The notes under the pieces were generated by a model. It worked only from the letters and a program-made list of their open reading frames with translations. It had not been told where the DNA came from and did no database searches. From assembly GCA_002311315.1 (NCBI GenBank), contig DBZZ01000076.1, positions 45,401-109,400 on the forward strand: 64,000 nucleotides of DNA, in the 5' to 3' direction. The position numbers and the translations under genes were made by a program. Positions within the stretch are counted from its first letter, which is position 1. Every line of letters starts with the position of its first letter. Source of the stretch: Methylococcaceae bacterium UBA1147. Its GTDB lineage: Bacteria; Pseudomonadota; Gammaproteobacteria; Methylococcales; UBA1147. This document shows positions 47,848-62,210 of this stretch, piece by piece.

Positions 47848-49422
47848 CTACCGATCGGAATCGACTCCCCGTTCGTATTCTCCGCGACGGCTCAATTCGC
47901 GTTTCAGGATTTTTCCCGCTGCGTTTTTCGGCAAGGCCTGCACCAAGTAGAACTTTCGCGGTACCTGGTATCTACCCAGATGCTCCCGGCACCAGTGCCG
48001 TATGACGGTTTCGTCAAGCTCGTCCGAAGCCACCACATAGGCCACTGGTATTTCGCCGTGTAGATCATGCTGCTGACCGATGACCGCTGCCTCGGTAATT
48101 CCATCCATGCGATACAGTACTTCCTCGATGATTCGCGGGTAGACATTCATCCCGTTGACAATAACCAGGTCCTTCTTTCGGTCAACAATACTGAAGTAGC
48201 CGTCCGTGTCCTCTGTCCCCAGATCTCCGGTCAGGAACCAGCCATCACGCATGACCGCTTCGGTTTCCTCATACTGGTTCCAGTAACCGCGCATCACGTT
48301 TGGGCCGCGTACCGCGATTTCACCGACATGCCCCATTACCACACGGTTTCCCTCGTCATCAACAATCTTCATGTCGACACCAGGCACCGGCAAACCAACG
48401 GTTCCGGGTCGCGTTTCACCGCCGATCGGGTTGACGCAGGTCACCGGGGAACACTCGGTAGGACCATCGCCTTCGTAGACGGTGATTCCAAAACGTGACT
48501 CGAACTGTTTCAGTACACTGACCGGAAGCGCAGCCCCACCCGAAACACAATAACGAATTGACCGAAACAGGCCCGTCATTTCAGGATCGGTCCGCAACAG
48601 GAGACTATACATACTGGGTACTCCCAGATAAATGGTCGCGGAAAACCGGGAAATGGCCCTGAGTACTAGCCGGGGTTCAAAACGAGCAACCGGTACGAAT
48701 GCACAGCCATGGGCCAGGCAAGCCAGCATGCCGACGGTTGCGGCAAATGCATGAAACATAGGCAGCACCAGCAAGATGATTTCTTCCCCAGGCCGCCACT
48801 CCATGGCCTGCCTCACGCTCCAGATATTGGCCGAGAGGTTAGCATGGCTGAGCATTGCACCCTTCGGCTTGCCAGTCGTGCCGGATGTATAAAGGATGGC
48901 CGCCAGATCAGCGCAAGGATCGAAATCGATCCGTGGTGGCGGCTTGTCAAAGTCCATGACTTCGCTCCAGGAAACCGCGTTCTTGTTAGCGGCCCCCATG
49001 ATGATTTCCAGGCTCAGGTCTTCGACTCCTTGCCTTACCAGCGAAGCCGTTTCATCGAAGTTACCGTGATAAATCCATGCCTGAACACCGGCATCCTTCA
49101 GAATGAATTGTATTTCCGTGGGGGTGAGCAGTATGTTGATGGGAACCACCGTTGCACCAGCCTTGACGATACCGAGATATGCAACTGCGAATTCGGCACA
49201 ATTGATGCTGTACAGTCCGACCCGGTCTCCCCGATCAACTTCCTGGTCTCCAAGATACGCCGCCACCCGGTCCGACAACTGGTCAAAAGCGCCAAAAGTC
49301 AGTATTGTTGCCTCGGACAAGACTGCGGGGCTGTCGGGATTCGCCAAGACGGAAGTCCGGATCAGTGCCGGCAAATCCGTGATTGTTGGTTTTCCGGGCT
49401 GCTGCCGTAAAGAAGTTGGCAA
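47848..49422 (-). CDS. AMP-dependent acyl-CoA synthetase/ligase (FadD-like)
   Basis: AMP-binding signature ILYTSGTTGKPKGAMLSH, plus YGPTE-like GDGPTEC, GDLG and the C-terminal PKNAAGKILKREL. Confidence 0.85.
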   Translation of the reverse strand: MPTSLRQQPGKPTITDLPALIRTSVLANPDSPAVLSEATILTFGAFDQLSDRVAAYLGDQEVDRGDRVGLYSINCAEFAVAYLGIVKAGATVVPINILLTPTEIQFILKDAGVQAWIYHGNFDETASLVRQGVEDLSLEIIMGAANKNAVSWSEVMDFDKPPPRIDFDPCADLAAILYTSGTTGKPKGAMLSHANLSANIWSVRQAMEWRPGEEIILLVLPMFHAFAATVGMLACLAHGCAFVPVARFEPRLVLRAISRFSATIYLGVPSMYSLLLRTDPEMTGLFRSIRYCVSGGAALPVSVLKQFESRFGITVYEGDGPTECSPVTCVNPIGGETRPGTVGLPVPGVDMKIVDDEGNRVVMGHVGEIAVRGPNVMRGYWNQYEETEAVMRDGWFLTGDLGTEDTDGYFSIVDRKKDLVIVNGMNVYPRIIEEVLYRMDGITEAAVIGQQHDLHGEIPVAYVVASDELDETVIRHWCREHLGRYQVPRKFYLVQALPKNAAGKILKRELSRRGEYERGVDSDR

Positions 49423-49449
49423 TGTCTGCTCCAGGACAGTGCTGAACCC

Positions 49450-50679
49450 TTAGATGCCTGACGAATCCAGCAGAGCCACGCCTCGCGCCAGCTTCGGAAG
49501 ATTCCCTTCCAGCCCCATGGCATACCGCATCACTCTTTTTTTGGCTGGACCCAGCCGCTCCGCAAGCCCAAGGCCAAGGTTACGAAACACTTTGACGGGA
49601 AGATGCGGATTGCTGAAAACCCGATAGAACAGATCCATGGTGGTCATCATCAAAAGGTTGTCCCTGCGGCGACTTTTTTCGTATTCAAGCAACACGGAAA
49701 CGTCGGCAAAATCGTAATTCTGCATTGCCGCCGAAATAATCACCTCGGCAAGGGCGGCAGCATCCATGAACCCGATGTTGACTCCCTGGCCAGCCAGGGG
49801 ATTGATTGTATGGGCAGCATCGCCGATCAGAGCCACACCGGGCTTAACATAGTCCTGGGCATGTTGACGCTTGAGGGGGAAACTTCCGCGACCCACAATG
49901 CGGCGAAGCCCACCCAGACAGTCCGGGAATTCACGCTGAAGTTCGGCGAGCAGAACATCATCGGTCACTCCACTCAGCCGCCTGATTTCGTCCGGAGAAT
50001 TGTACCAGACCAGCGAGGCGTGGTGCCCCGGCAAAGGAAGAAAAGCCTGCGGACCTGAGGGAACAAAACGTTGCCAAGTCATATCCTGCTGCCCATCTTC
50101 GGTCTCCACCGAAATCACCAATGCGTGCTGGCGATAGTCCCAGGCAGTCACGCCGATACCAGAAACCTGTCTCACCCTTGAATGCCCGCCATCTGCGGCA
50201 ACCAGTAGCCTGCCCGAAAGGGCCCTGCCGTCCTCAAGCTCAACGCTGGAGCCGTTTCCCCCATAGATAATCTTGCGGGTTGCAACCGGACAGAAAAGAT
50301 CGATGTTCTCAAACTGTTCGATCTGTTCCAGAAAGGCCAGCTGAATCACCCGGTTTTCCACGATATGTCCCAGCTGTGGTCGAGAAATGTCGTCGGCACG
50401 AAACTCGGCGTCTCCGGTGGTTTCCCAAACCCGCATCCTTTTGAACGGGCAGTAACGCCGAGACACGACGCCCTGCCAGGCCCCGACAGTCTCCATGACG
50501 GTCTGCGAAGACACGCTCAGTGCGGAAACGCGCAGGTCCATCTCCTGGTTCGGACGATACGCAGGGGGATAAACACTTTCAACGATGGCCACACGGAAGT
50601 CACCACCTCCCAGACAACAACCCAATGCAGCGCCGACCATACCCCCGCCAACAATCAAAACGTCATATTCGTCTGTCAT
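49450..50679 (-). CDS. FAD-dependent ubiquinone-biosynthesis hydroxylase (UbiH/UbiF/VisC/COQ6 family)
   Basis: Rossmann motif YDVLIVGGGMVGAALG, DG motif LLVAADGGHSRVR and GVALIGDAAHTINPLAGQGVNIGFMD. Confidence 0.85.
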   Translation of the reverse strand: MTDEYDVLIVGGGMVGAALGCCLGGGDFRVAIVESVYPPAYRPNQEMDLRVSALSVSSQTVMETVGAWQGVVSRRYCPFKRMRVWETTGDAEFRADDISRPQLGHIVENRVIQLAFLEQIEQFENIDLFCPVATRKIIYGGNGSSVELEDGRALSGRLLVAADGGHSRVRQVSGIGVTAWDYRQHALVISVETEDGQQDMTWQRFVPSGPQAFLPLPGHHASLVWYNSPDEIRRLSGVTDDVLLAELQREFPDCLGGLRRIVGRGSFPLKRQHAQDYVKPGVALIGDAAHTINPLAGQGVNIGFMDAAALAEVIISAAMQNYDFADVSVLLEYEKSRRRDNLLMMTTMDLFYRVFSNPHLPVKVFRNLGLGLAERLGPAKKRVMRYAMGLEGNLPKLARGVALLDSSGI

Positions 50680-51072
50680 TCAGCCCATCCGAAAGAATAT
50701 TATGAATCAGAAATAAAGAAAGCCGAGGACACTGGATCAGTGGAGACCATGAACTTTAACACTTTCCGTCATTGCGAGAAAATTGCTGGTTCGCTCCCAC
50801 AACATGCTTGTCGCGAGATCCGGTAGCCCGAAGCACGAATTCTTTTCAAGGCAACGACGGACCACCGCTGCCATCGTAATTTATGACTGCAAACATGACA
50901 TGATTTTGATCGAACGTTATAATGTTCAGCTGTTTGATTTAGAGTCGATAGAAAAACGAAAAGCTACTAGCTTGTTTTTATTGATTTTTCTGGGTCGACT
51001 TGAATCCAAAACAAGATATCGTGAAAACCCGTTCCCGGAGAATCGGGTTTGTAACAAACATCGAGGTGTACC

Positions 51073-55686
<4,614 letters not shown>

Positions 55687-55713
55687 TTAGGTATCAGCAG
55701 AGGTCATTAAAGA

Positions 55714-57153
55714 ATGGGTAACCCCACAGGTTTCATGGAGATCGATCGTCAGGAACGCGACTTCCGCATTGTCAACGAACGGATCCAGCACTACCGCGAA
55801 TTCGTTGTCCCCCTAGAGGAGGTGGAAGTCCGTCAACAGGGCGCCCGCTGCATGGACTGCGGAATTCCCTATTGTCACCAAGGCTGCCCGGTAAACAATA
55901 TCATCCCTGACTGGAACGATCTTGTTTATCACAACAACTGGCGTCAAGCGGTCGAAGTACTTCACAGCACCAACAACTTTCCGGAATTCACAGGGCGAAT
56001 TTGTCCGGCACCTTGCGAGGCAGCCTGCACGCTTAACCTGATCGAAGAGCCTGTTACCATCAAGACGATCGAATGCTCGATTATCGACAAGGCATGGGAA
56101 GAAGGCTGGATCCAGCCCGAGATTCCAACCGACAAGACCGGAAAAACGGTCGCGGTCGTTGGATCAGGTCCAGCGGGCATGGCTTGCGCGCAGCAACTGG
56201 CCAGGGCCGGTCACGATGTGACCGTCCTGGAGAAAGCTGACAGGATCGGCGGACTACTGAGATACGGAATCCCCGATTTCAAGATGGACAAACACCTGAT
56301 TGACCGACGTATCGCCCAGATGCAGGCAGAAGGGGTCCTGTTTCGCCCCAATAACCACGTTGGAGTGGATTTCCCCGCACAGCGACTGATCGACGAATTT
56401 GACGCCGTCGTGCTCGCCGCCGGCTCCGAATACCCGAGAGACCTGGAAGTTCCGGGCAGGGAACTGGAAGGAGTCCATTTCGCCATGGACTTTCTGCCGC
56501 AACAGAACAAGCGACTTGCCGGTAGCGAGGTTCCCGAAGAGGAAAGCATTACGGCAACCGGCAAACACGTGATCGTAATCGGCGGCGGTGACACCGGTTC
56601 CGACTGCATCGGAACCTCAATACGCCAAGCCGCAAAATCGGTCACCCAACTCGAAATCATGCCCAAACCGCCGGCAAAGGAAGACAAGGGGTTGACCTGG
56701 CCAAACTGGCCAAACAAACTGCGCACTTCATCGTCCCAAGCCGAAGGTTGTACCCGAGACTGGAGTGTTATCACCAAGTCGATCAGCGGTGAAAACGGCA
56801 AGGCTACCCGCATCCATTGCGCACGCGTGGAATGGGGGCAGAAAAACGGTGTCTCGCAGATGTTGGAGATCCCGGGAAGCGAGTTCAGCCTTGAGGCTGA
56901 TCTGATCCTGCTGGCCATGGGATTCGTACATCCGGTTCACGAAGGCATGGTTAATGAACTGGGTGCCAAACTGGACCCACGGGGCAACATTCAGGCAAAT
57001 ACCGACGATTACAAAACCAGTGTCGACAAGGTTTTTGCTGCCGGTGATGTAAGACGCGGTCAGTCCCTGGTTGTCTGGGCAATCCGCGAGGGACGCCAGA
57101 CCGCCCGAGCGATTGACGAATACCTGATGGGGAGTTCCGAATTACCCCGCTAA
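55714..57153 (+). CDS. gltD: Glutamate synthase (NADPH) small subunit
   Basis: 479 aa with Fe-S Cys clusters ([30 protein letters not shown]) and the NAD(P)-binding motif [22 protein letters not shown]. Confidence 0.95.
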   Translation: MGNPTGFMEIDRQERDFRIVNERIQHYREFVVPLEEVEVRQQGARCMDCGIPYCHQGCPVNNIIPDWNDLVYHNNWRQAVEVLHSTNNFPEFTGRICPAPCEAACTLNLIEEPVTIKTIECSIIDKAWEEGWIQPEIPTDKTGKTVAVVGSGPAGMACAQQLARAGHDVTVLEKADRIGGLLRYGIPDFKMDKHLIDRRIAQMQAEGVLFRPNNHVGVDFPAQRLIDEFDAVVLAAGSEYPRDLEVPGRELEGVHFAMDFLPQQNKRLAGSEVPEEESITATGKHVIVIGGGDTGSDCIGTSIRQAAKSVTQLEIMPKPPAKEDKGLTWPNWPNKLRTSSSQAEGCTRDWSVITKSISGENGKATRIHCARVEWGQKNGVSQMLEIPGSEFSLEADLILLAMGFVHPVHEGMVNELGAKLDPRGNIQANTDDYKTSVDKVFAAGDVRRGQSLVVWAIREGRQTARAIDEYLMGSSELPR

Positions 57154-57510
57154 GCCATCCGACGGCTCATCGGTCTCCAACCGGGCTCGCCGGACAATAG
57201 CGGCCAACCCCGGGTACCTGCCCGCAAGGTAGTCCGGGGCGCTGGTCTTCACCGCACCCGTCCAAAATACGCCCCCTGTCGGGGCAAGTCACGGCCACTG
57301 GAAACAGCAGCCAGCCGTGCCCCAGAATGACCCAGTTCCCGGAACCCGTTAGCACATGTATTAACCTAACCGAGCCGGGCAAGCGCGACGTGCTTTCACC
57401 CACCTCACTGCACATTTCCAGGCAGGTTCGAAGCCTCCTGAGACTGGGCCAGATTTCCCCCTTTCCCTTGCGCGTGGGCCTCAACGCCCCATGCCAGCGA
57501 CTTTTTCAAA

Positions 57511-57539
57511 TTGAAGCTTTGAGGTGAAATTGCTATAAT
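57511..57539 (+). promoter_or_regulatory. Sigma70-type promoter candidate for rne
   Basis: TTGAAG (57511-57516), a 17-nt spacer, then consensus TATAAT (57534-57539). The only downstream gene in this orientation is rne (ATG at 58047). Confidence 0.5.
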
Positions 57540-57545
57540 GCCCTT

Positions 57546-58046
57546 CGTAAAGAAAGAAAAAGGATTATTGGGTTTCGGCTTTTAACCCGGCAAATCTTCT
57601 TTTAACGGAAGTCGCTTGAAACGCATCGAGATATAAATTCCGAGGGAATTTTCAGCACCGAGCCGTGTGCTTCAGTTTCAAGTTCAAGACGCAAAGATTT
57701 TAGATCGGTCCAGACCATTTACCGCCGTCCGAAGAGGACCTATCCAAGCGGTAACTCAACGTGGATCATTCTTGGGTTTTCTCGCCCGACCCATGACGGG
57801 CGACCCGCGTGTCTCACAACGCAACCATAAATAGAAGAAAGTTCTAACGAGTCAGTCAATTTGAATTGACCCAACCCCGTATTAGGCGAGGAGAAGAGTC
57901 GACCGCTCATCGGTCAAGGCACTAAGCCAGCAGAAGAGGCTTGTCTACATCAATAATGAACAGAAATTTATGCTGCCAAAGAACATCTCGCATGCCGGAA
58001 CATACTTCTTTTCGCGCTGGGACGCTGCTTATGGACATTAAACAGA
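57546..58046 (+). promoter_or_regulatory. Long structured rne 5' leader (putative autoregulatory UTR)
   Basis: About 500 nt with no credible ORF. Local hairpins include TCGCCCG(57782-57788)/CGGGCGA(57797-57803) and GTCAATT-TG-AATTGAC (57855-57870). E. coli rne is known to have a long structured autoregulatory leader. Confidence 0.45.
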
Positions 58047-60662
58047 ATGAAAAGAATGCTTGTCAATGCCACACAGGCGGAAGAGCTCCGTATCGCCTTG
58101 GTAGAAGGTCAGAAACTATATGATTTCGACATAGAGGTACCCTCACGAGAACAGAAAAAATCAAACATCTACAAGGGCAAGATCACCCGCATTGAGCCCA
58201 GCCTGGAAGCCGCTTTCGTAGATTACGGGGCAGGGCGGCACGGGTTTCTACCGTTCAAGGAAATTGCATCCGAGTTCCTTTCAGGTCCTTCCAAGGGAAG
58301 ATCGAACGTCAAGCACCAGATCAAGGAAGGCATGGAAATTGTCGTCCAGATCGAAAAGGAAGAGCGGGGCAACAAAGGTGCAGCACTCACAACCTACCTC
58401 AGCCTGGCCGGGAGTTACCTGGTCCTGATGCCCAACAACCCGCGCGCCGGCGGTATTTCCCGCAGGATTGATGGTGGCGACCGTTCGGATATCAAGGAAG
58501 TCATCGAGTCGCTGGAAATTCCGGACGACATGGGGCTTATCGTCAGAACCGCGGGCTGCGGGAAAAACGAAGAAGAGCTCCAGTGGGACCTCAACTACCT
58601 GTTGCAGCTCTGGGACGCCATTGACCGTTCCACCAAGGAACGTTCAGCACCTTTCCTGATTTTCCAGGAAAGCAATCTGGTCATCCGTGCATTGCGTGAT
58701 CATCTGCGCGGTGACATCGATGAAATTCTCGTCGACAACCCGGCCACCTTCAGAATGGTCCGGAACTTCCTGCAACAGGTCATGCCCACCGTCCTGAACA
58801 AGGCAAAGCTGTACGAAGATACCGTTCCACTGTTCAGTCGCTACCAGATCGAAAGCCAGATCGAAATGGCCTACAACCGCGAGGTATCACTTCCCTCCGG
58901 TGGGGCGATTGTCATCGACCATACCGAGGCACTGACCTCGATAGACATCAACTCAGGAAAAGCCACCAAAGGCTCCGATATCGAGGAAACAGCCCTGAAC
59001 ACGAATCTCGAGGCGGCCTCGGAAATTGCCCGCCAACTCAGGCTGCGCGACCTCGGGGGCCTATTCGTCATCGATTTCATTGACATGATGGCATCACGCA
59101 ACCAGCGCGCCGTCGAAACACACATCAAGGAAGCGGTTAAAGTCGACCGGGCACGGGTACAGATCGGACGTATTTCGCGCTTCGGCCTGCTTGAGCTTTC
59201 GCGGCAGCGACTGCGGCCATCCCTTGGCGAATCGAGCCAGTTGCTGTGCCCAAGATGCAAGGGCCATGGCTCGATACGCAACGTCGAATCACTGGCTCTC
59301 TCCGTACTCCGAATCATCGAAGAAGAGGCAATGAAGAAATTTACCTCGAAAATCATTGCCCATCTCCCGGTGGAGTCAGCGACTTTTCTACTGAATGAAA
59401 AACGCTCTGTCGTAGAACAGATCGAGAAACGCCACAATGTTTCCTTGATATTGCTGCCCAACAAGCAGTTGGAAACCCCTGAGTACGAGATCCAGCGGAT
59501 CCGAACCAACGACGAGATCTCTGACACAACCAGCTACCAGCAGATCATAGAACAGAGCAGCAAAACCCCGGAATTTGCCAGAAGGGCAGAACAAAAACCG
59601 GAAGAACCGGTAATCAAGAATTTTCTTCCCGAAACACCGGCCCCACAAGCAGCGAAAAAAGGCCCCGGAGTCATAAAGACATTTCTGAATCGCCTTGTTG
59701 GCAAAATGGAAAAGGATGAAACTCCTGTCGAAGAACCGGTCGTGGGTGCCAGTAGCAACCACGAGGAAACTGCAGAAGCCGAAACCAAACCTCAGTCAAG
59801 ACGAAGCAGCAGAAGTGGCCGCTCCGGTAACGGACGCCGCCAGCAAAAAAGAAGCAGGCAAAACCGAACCGCAGTCGAAGAAACCCAAAAACAGGACACC
59901 GCCGTAGCGACAAGCGGCGAAAGCGAAGTAGCGTCAGACTCCGAAAGCGGATCCGGCACGCAAGCCGCCAGCAACGAAAGGGAACCGACGAAACGCAGTC
60001 CCACGAGACGTCGGCGGTCCAGACGAGGTGAGAGCAGGAACTCGAGATCCAAGCCAAAGGACCTCGGTGCGGAGGAATCGTCAGTTGCTGGCGAGAATAC
60101 AATTCCCCCGGACAGCGACCTGGCGGTCGAGCCAGTTTCAACACCCGTTCCGCCAAAGGTCAGTGAAAAAGAAGTTGCTGAAAGAGATGACAGCCAAAAA
60201 ACCGATCAGGCTAAACCCACCGAAAAATCCGCCAGAAAAACACAACGCTCAGTCAAGAAAAGCAGATCCGAAGCCCCGTCACAACCAGTTGAGAACCCGA
60301 AAACCGCGACCGCATCTGACAGGCTCAGGAGGATGACACCCGATTCGCCGGCCGATATTGCAAAAGCCAGGGAGACGGTGGTAGAGGCCGCTGGAAACGA
60401 CACGGAAAAGGCGGTAACAGAAGCCGTGCAGGAAAACAGTTCCGAGCAATCTGGAGGAGACGAAAAAACAGAGCCCAGCAAAAAACGGCGTCCAAGGACA
60501 CGGCGTTCGCCGGTCGGACCGCGCAGGTCTCCGCGTAGCCGCTCGGGAACCAGGACGACCCGCAAAAAAACCGAGACAACTGCCAAGGCTGCAGAAGAAT
60601 CACCGCAAAACGATAGTACTGAGGATCCAAAACCGATTATCAACAATGGAGTACAGTCCTGA
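58047..60662 (+). CDS. rne: Ribonuclease E
   Basis: MKRMLVNATQAEELRIALVEGQKLYDFDIE..., S1 domain and catalytic core (IDFIDM, RISRFGLLELSRQR, the zinc link CPRCKGHG). The C-terminal half is low-complexity and Arg/Lys/Glu/Ser/Pro-rich. Confidence 0.95.
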   Translation: MKRMLVNATQAEELRIALVEGQKLYDFDIEVPSREQKKSNIYKGKITRIEPSLEAAFVDYGAGRHGFLPFKEIASEFLSGPSKGRSNVKHQIKEGMEIVVQIEKEERGNKGAALTTYLSLAGSYLVLMPNNPRAGGISRRIDGGDRSDIKEVIESLEIPDDMGLIVRTAGCGKNEEELQWDLNYLLQLWDAIDRSTKERSAPFLIFQESNLVIRALRDHLRGDIDEILVDNPATFRMVRNFLQQVMPTVLNKAKLYEDTVPLFSRYQIESQIEMAYNREVSLPSGGAIVIDHTEALTSIDINSGKATKGSDIEETALNTNLEAASEIARQLRLRDLGGLFVIDFIDMMASRNQRAVETHIKEAVKVDRARVQIGRISRFGLLELSRQRLRPSLGESSQLLCPRCKGHGSIRNVESLALSVLRIIEEEAMKKFTSKIIAHLPVESATFLLNEKRSVVEQIEKRHNVSLILLPNKQLETPEYEIQRIRTNDEISDTTSYQQIIEQSSKTPEFARRAEQKPEEPVIKNFLPETPAPQAAKKGPGVIKTFLNRLVGKMEKDETPVEEPVVGASSNHEETAEAETKPQSRRSSRSGRSGNGRRQQKRSRQNRTAVEETQKQDTAVATSGESEVASDSESGSGTQAASNEREPTKRSPTRRRRSRRGESRNSRSKPKDLGAEESSVAGENTIPPDSDLAVEPVSTPVPPKVSEKEVAERDDSQKTDQAKPTEKSARKTQRSVKKSRSEAPSQPVENPKTATASDRLRRMTPDSPADIAKARETVVEAAGNDTEKAVTEAVQENSSEQSGGDEKTEPSKKRRPRTRRSPVGPRRSPRSRSGTRTTRKKTETTAKAAEESPQNDSTEDPKPIINNGVQS

Positions 60663-60780
60663 ACCGGTCGGTTGCGCTGTCAACATCGGCTGGAAGGGAA
60701 GCCGTTGCGCCTTGCACCTTCCACCGGGCTGACAGACCAGTGGAACAAACTGACGCTTAGCGCCCAGAAGCACCTATACG

Positions 60781-62139
60781 GTGACAGAAAGCAATAATGC
60801 CGGCAAACGGGATGTCTACACGGTTTCCAGACTCAACAGGGAAGCCCGTACGATGCTGGCAGAACATTTCCTGTCAATCTGGATTGAAGGGGAAATCTCC
60901 AACCTAGCCCGCCCATCCTCAGGACACATCTACTTCACGCTGAAAGACGATCAGGCCCAGATTCGCTGCGCAATGTTCAGGAGCCAACAGCGCCGACTCG
61001 GCTTTCGTCCCGAGGACGGGAGCCAGGTCCTGACCAAGGCCCAGGTTAGTCTTTACGAGGCCCGCGGCGATTACCAGCTGATCGTCGACTACATGGAGGA
61101 AAGTGGAGACGGTGCACTGCGCAGGGCCTTTGACAGATTGAAAGGGCAATTGTCTGATGAAGGCCTGTTCGACACAAGCAGGAAAAAAGCCCTGCCCCCT
61201 TTTCCCAACTGCATCGGGATCATCACCTCGCCAAGCGGTGCGGCGGTCCGTGACATCCTTACGGTTCTCAACCGGCGTTTTCCTGCAATCCCGGTCATTA
61301 TCTACCCGGTAGCTGTTCAGGGGCGTGAAGCCAGTCATCAGATCCAGAGCGCCATCGAGACCGCGGTTCAACGACAGGAATGCGACGTGCTGATCATCTC
61401 GCGCGGCGGCGGATCCCTGGAAGATCTCTCGGCCTTCAACGAAGAAAACGTTGCCCGGGCCATCAGCCGATGCAGCATTCCGGTCGTATCCGGCATCGGA
61501 CACGAAACAGATTTGTCGATCGCCGATTTCGTTGCGGATGTCAGGGCGGCGACCCCCTCAGCTGCCGCTGAAACAGCTAGCCCCGAGGCGTCTGGCTGGA
61601 TAAGAACCCTGACCCAGTTCGAGGAGCAGATGAAACGAAACATGCAGACCCGGCTGGAAAGCCATCTGAAGTCCTACCACTGGCTGACCGCACGTCTTGA
61701 GAGACTGCACCCGGGGAAACTCCTGCAGGATCAGGCGCAGCGACTGGACGAACTGGAATCCCGCATCGACCGCTCAGTGAAAAACCAGCTTACCCAACTC
61801 TCGGCCCGGGTTTCTGCGCGTTATGCCGAGCTGGCCGGATACAGTCCCCTGCCGCTCATCAAGGCTCTGGAAACACGTCATCAACTGCTGGCACAGAGGC
61901 TGATCAGCATCCAACAAAACACAATGGAAGGCAAAAGACAGCACCTAACAAAGCTGAGCCGTTCGCTGGAAACAGTCAGTCCGTTGGCAACCCTGTCGCG
62001 GGGATATTCGATCACCTCTCGTCAGACAGATGGCACGCTATTACGCTCCGCAGAAGATACCCAGGTAGGCGAAATCGTTGAAACCAGGCTGGCCGGCGGC
62101 AGCCTAGTCTGTTGCGTGCAAAAAATCAGGAAGCCTTAG
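60781..62139 (+). CDS. xseA: Exodeoxyribonuclease VII large subunit
   Basis: GTG start. OB-fold N-terminus VYTVSRLNREARTMLAEHFLSIWIEGEISNLARPSSGHIYFTLKD. Catalytic region GIITSPSGAAVRDIL...ISRGGGSLEDL...GIGHETD. Confidence 0.9.
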   Translation: MTESNNAGKRDVYTVSRLNREARTMLAEHFLSIWIEGEISNLARPSSGHIYFTLKDDQAQIRCAMFRSQQRRLGFRPEDGSQVLTKAQVSLYEARGDYQLIVDYMEESGDGALRRAFDRLKGQLSDEGLFDTSRKKALPPFPNCIGIITSPSGAAVRDILTVLNRRFPAIPVIIYPVAVQGREASHQIQSAIETAVQRQECDVLIISRGGGSLEDLSAFNEENVARAISRCSIPVVSGIGHETDLSIADFVADVRAATPSAAAETASPEASGWIRTLTQFEEQMKRNMQTRLESHLKSYHWLTARLERLHPGKLLQDQAQRLDELESRIDRSVKNQLTQLSARVSARYAELAGYSPLPLIKALETRHQLLAQRLISIQQNTMEGKRQHLTKLSRSLETVSPLATLSRGYSITSRQTDGTLLRSAEDTQVGEIVETRLAGGSLVCCVQKIRKP

Positions 62140-62210
62140 ATCTGCCGTTTCCCGGCATTCTTGCAGCATCACCGAACCGGAGGTATCGCCATGCCACAAT
62201 CGCCGAATTC

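Noticed and set aside
58871-60646. Several 85-220-aa minus-strand ORFs lie across the rne gene.
   Set aside because: They are antisense to the rne coding sequence, largely its repetitive purine-rich part, and are compositional artefacts.
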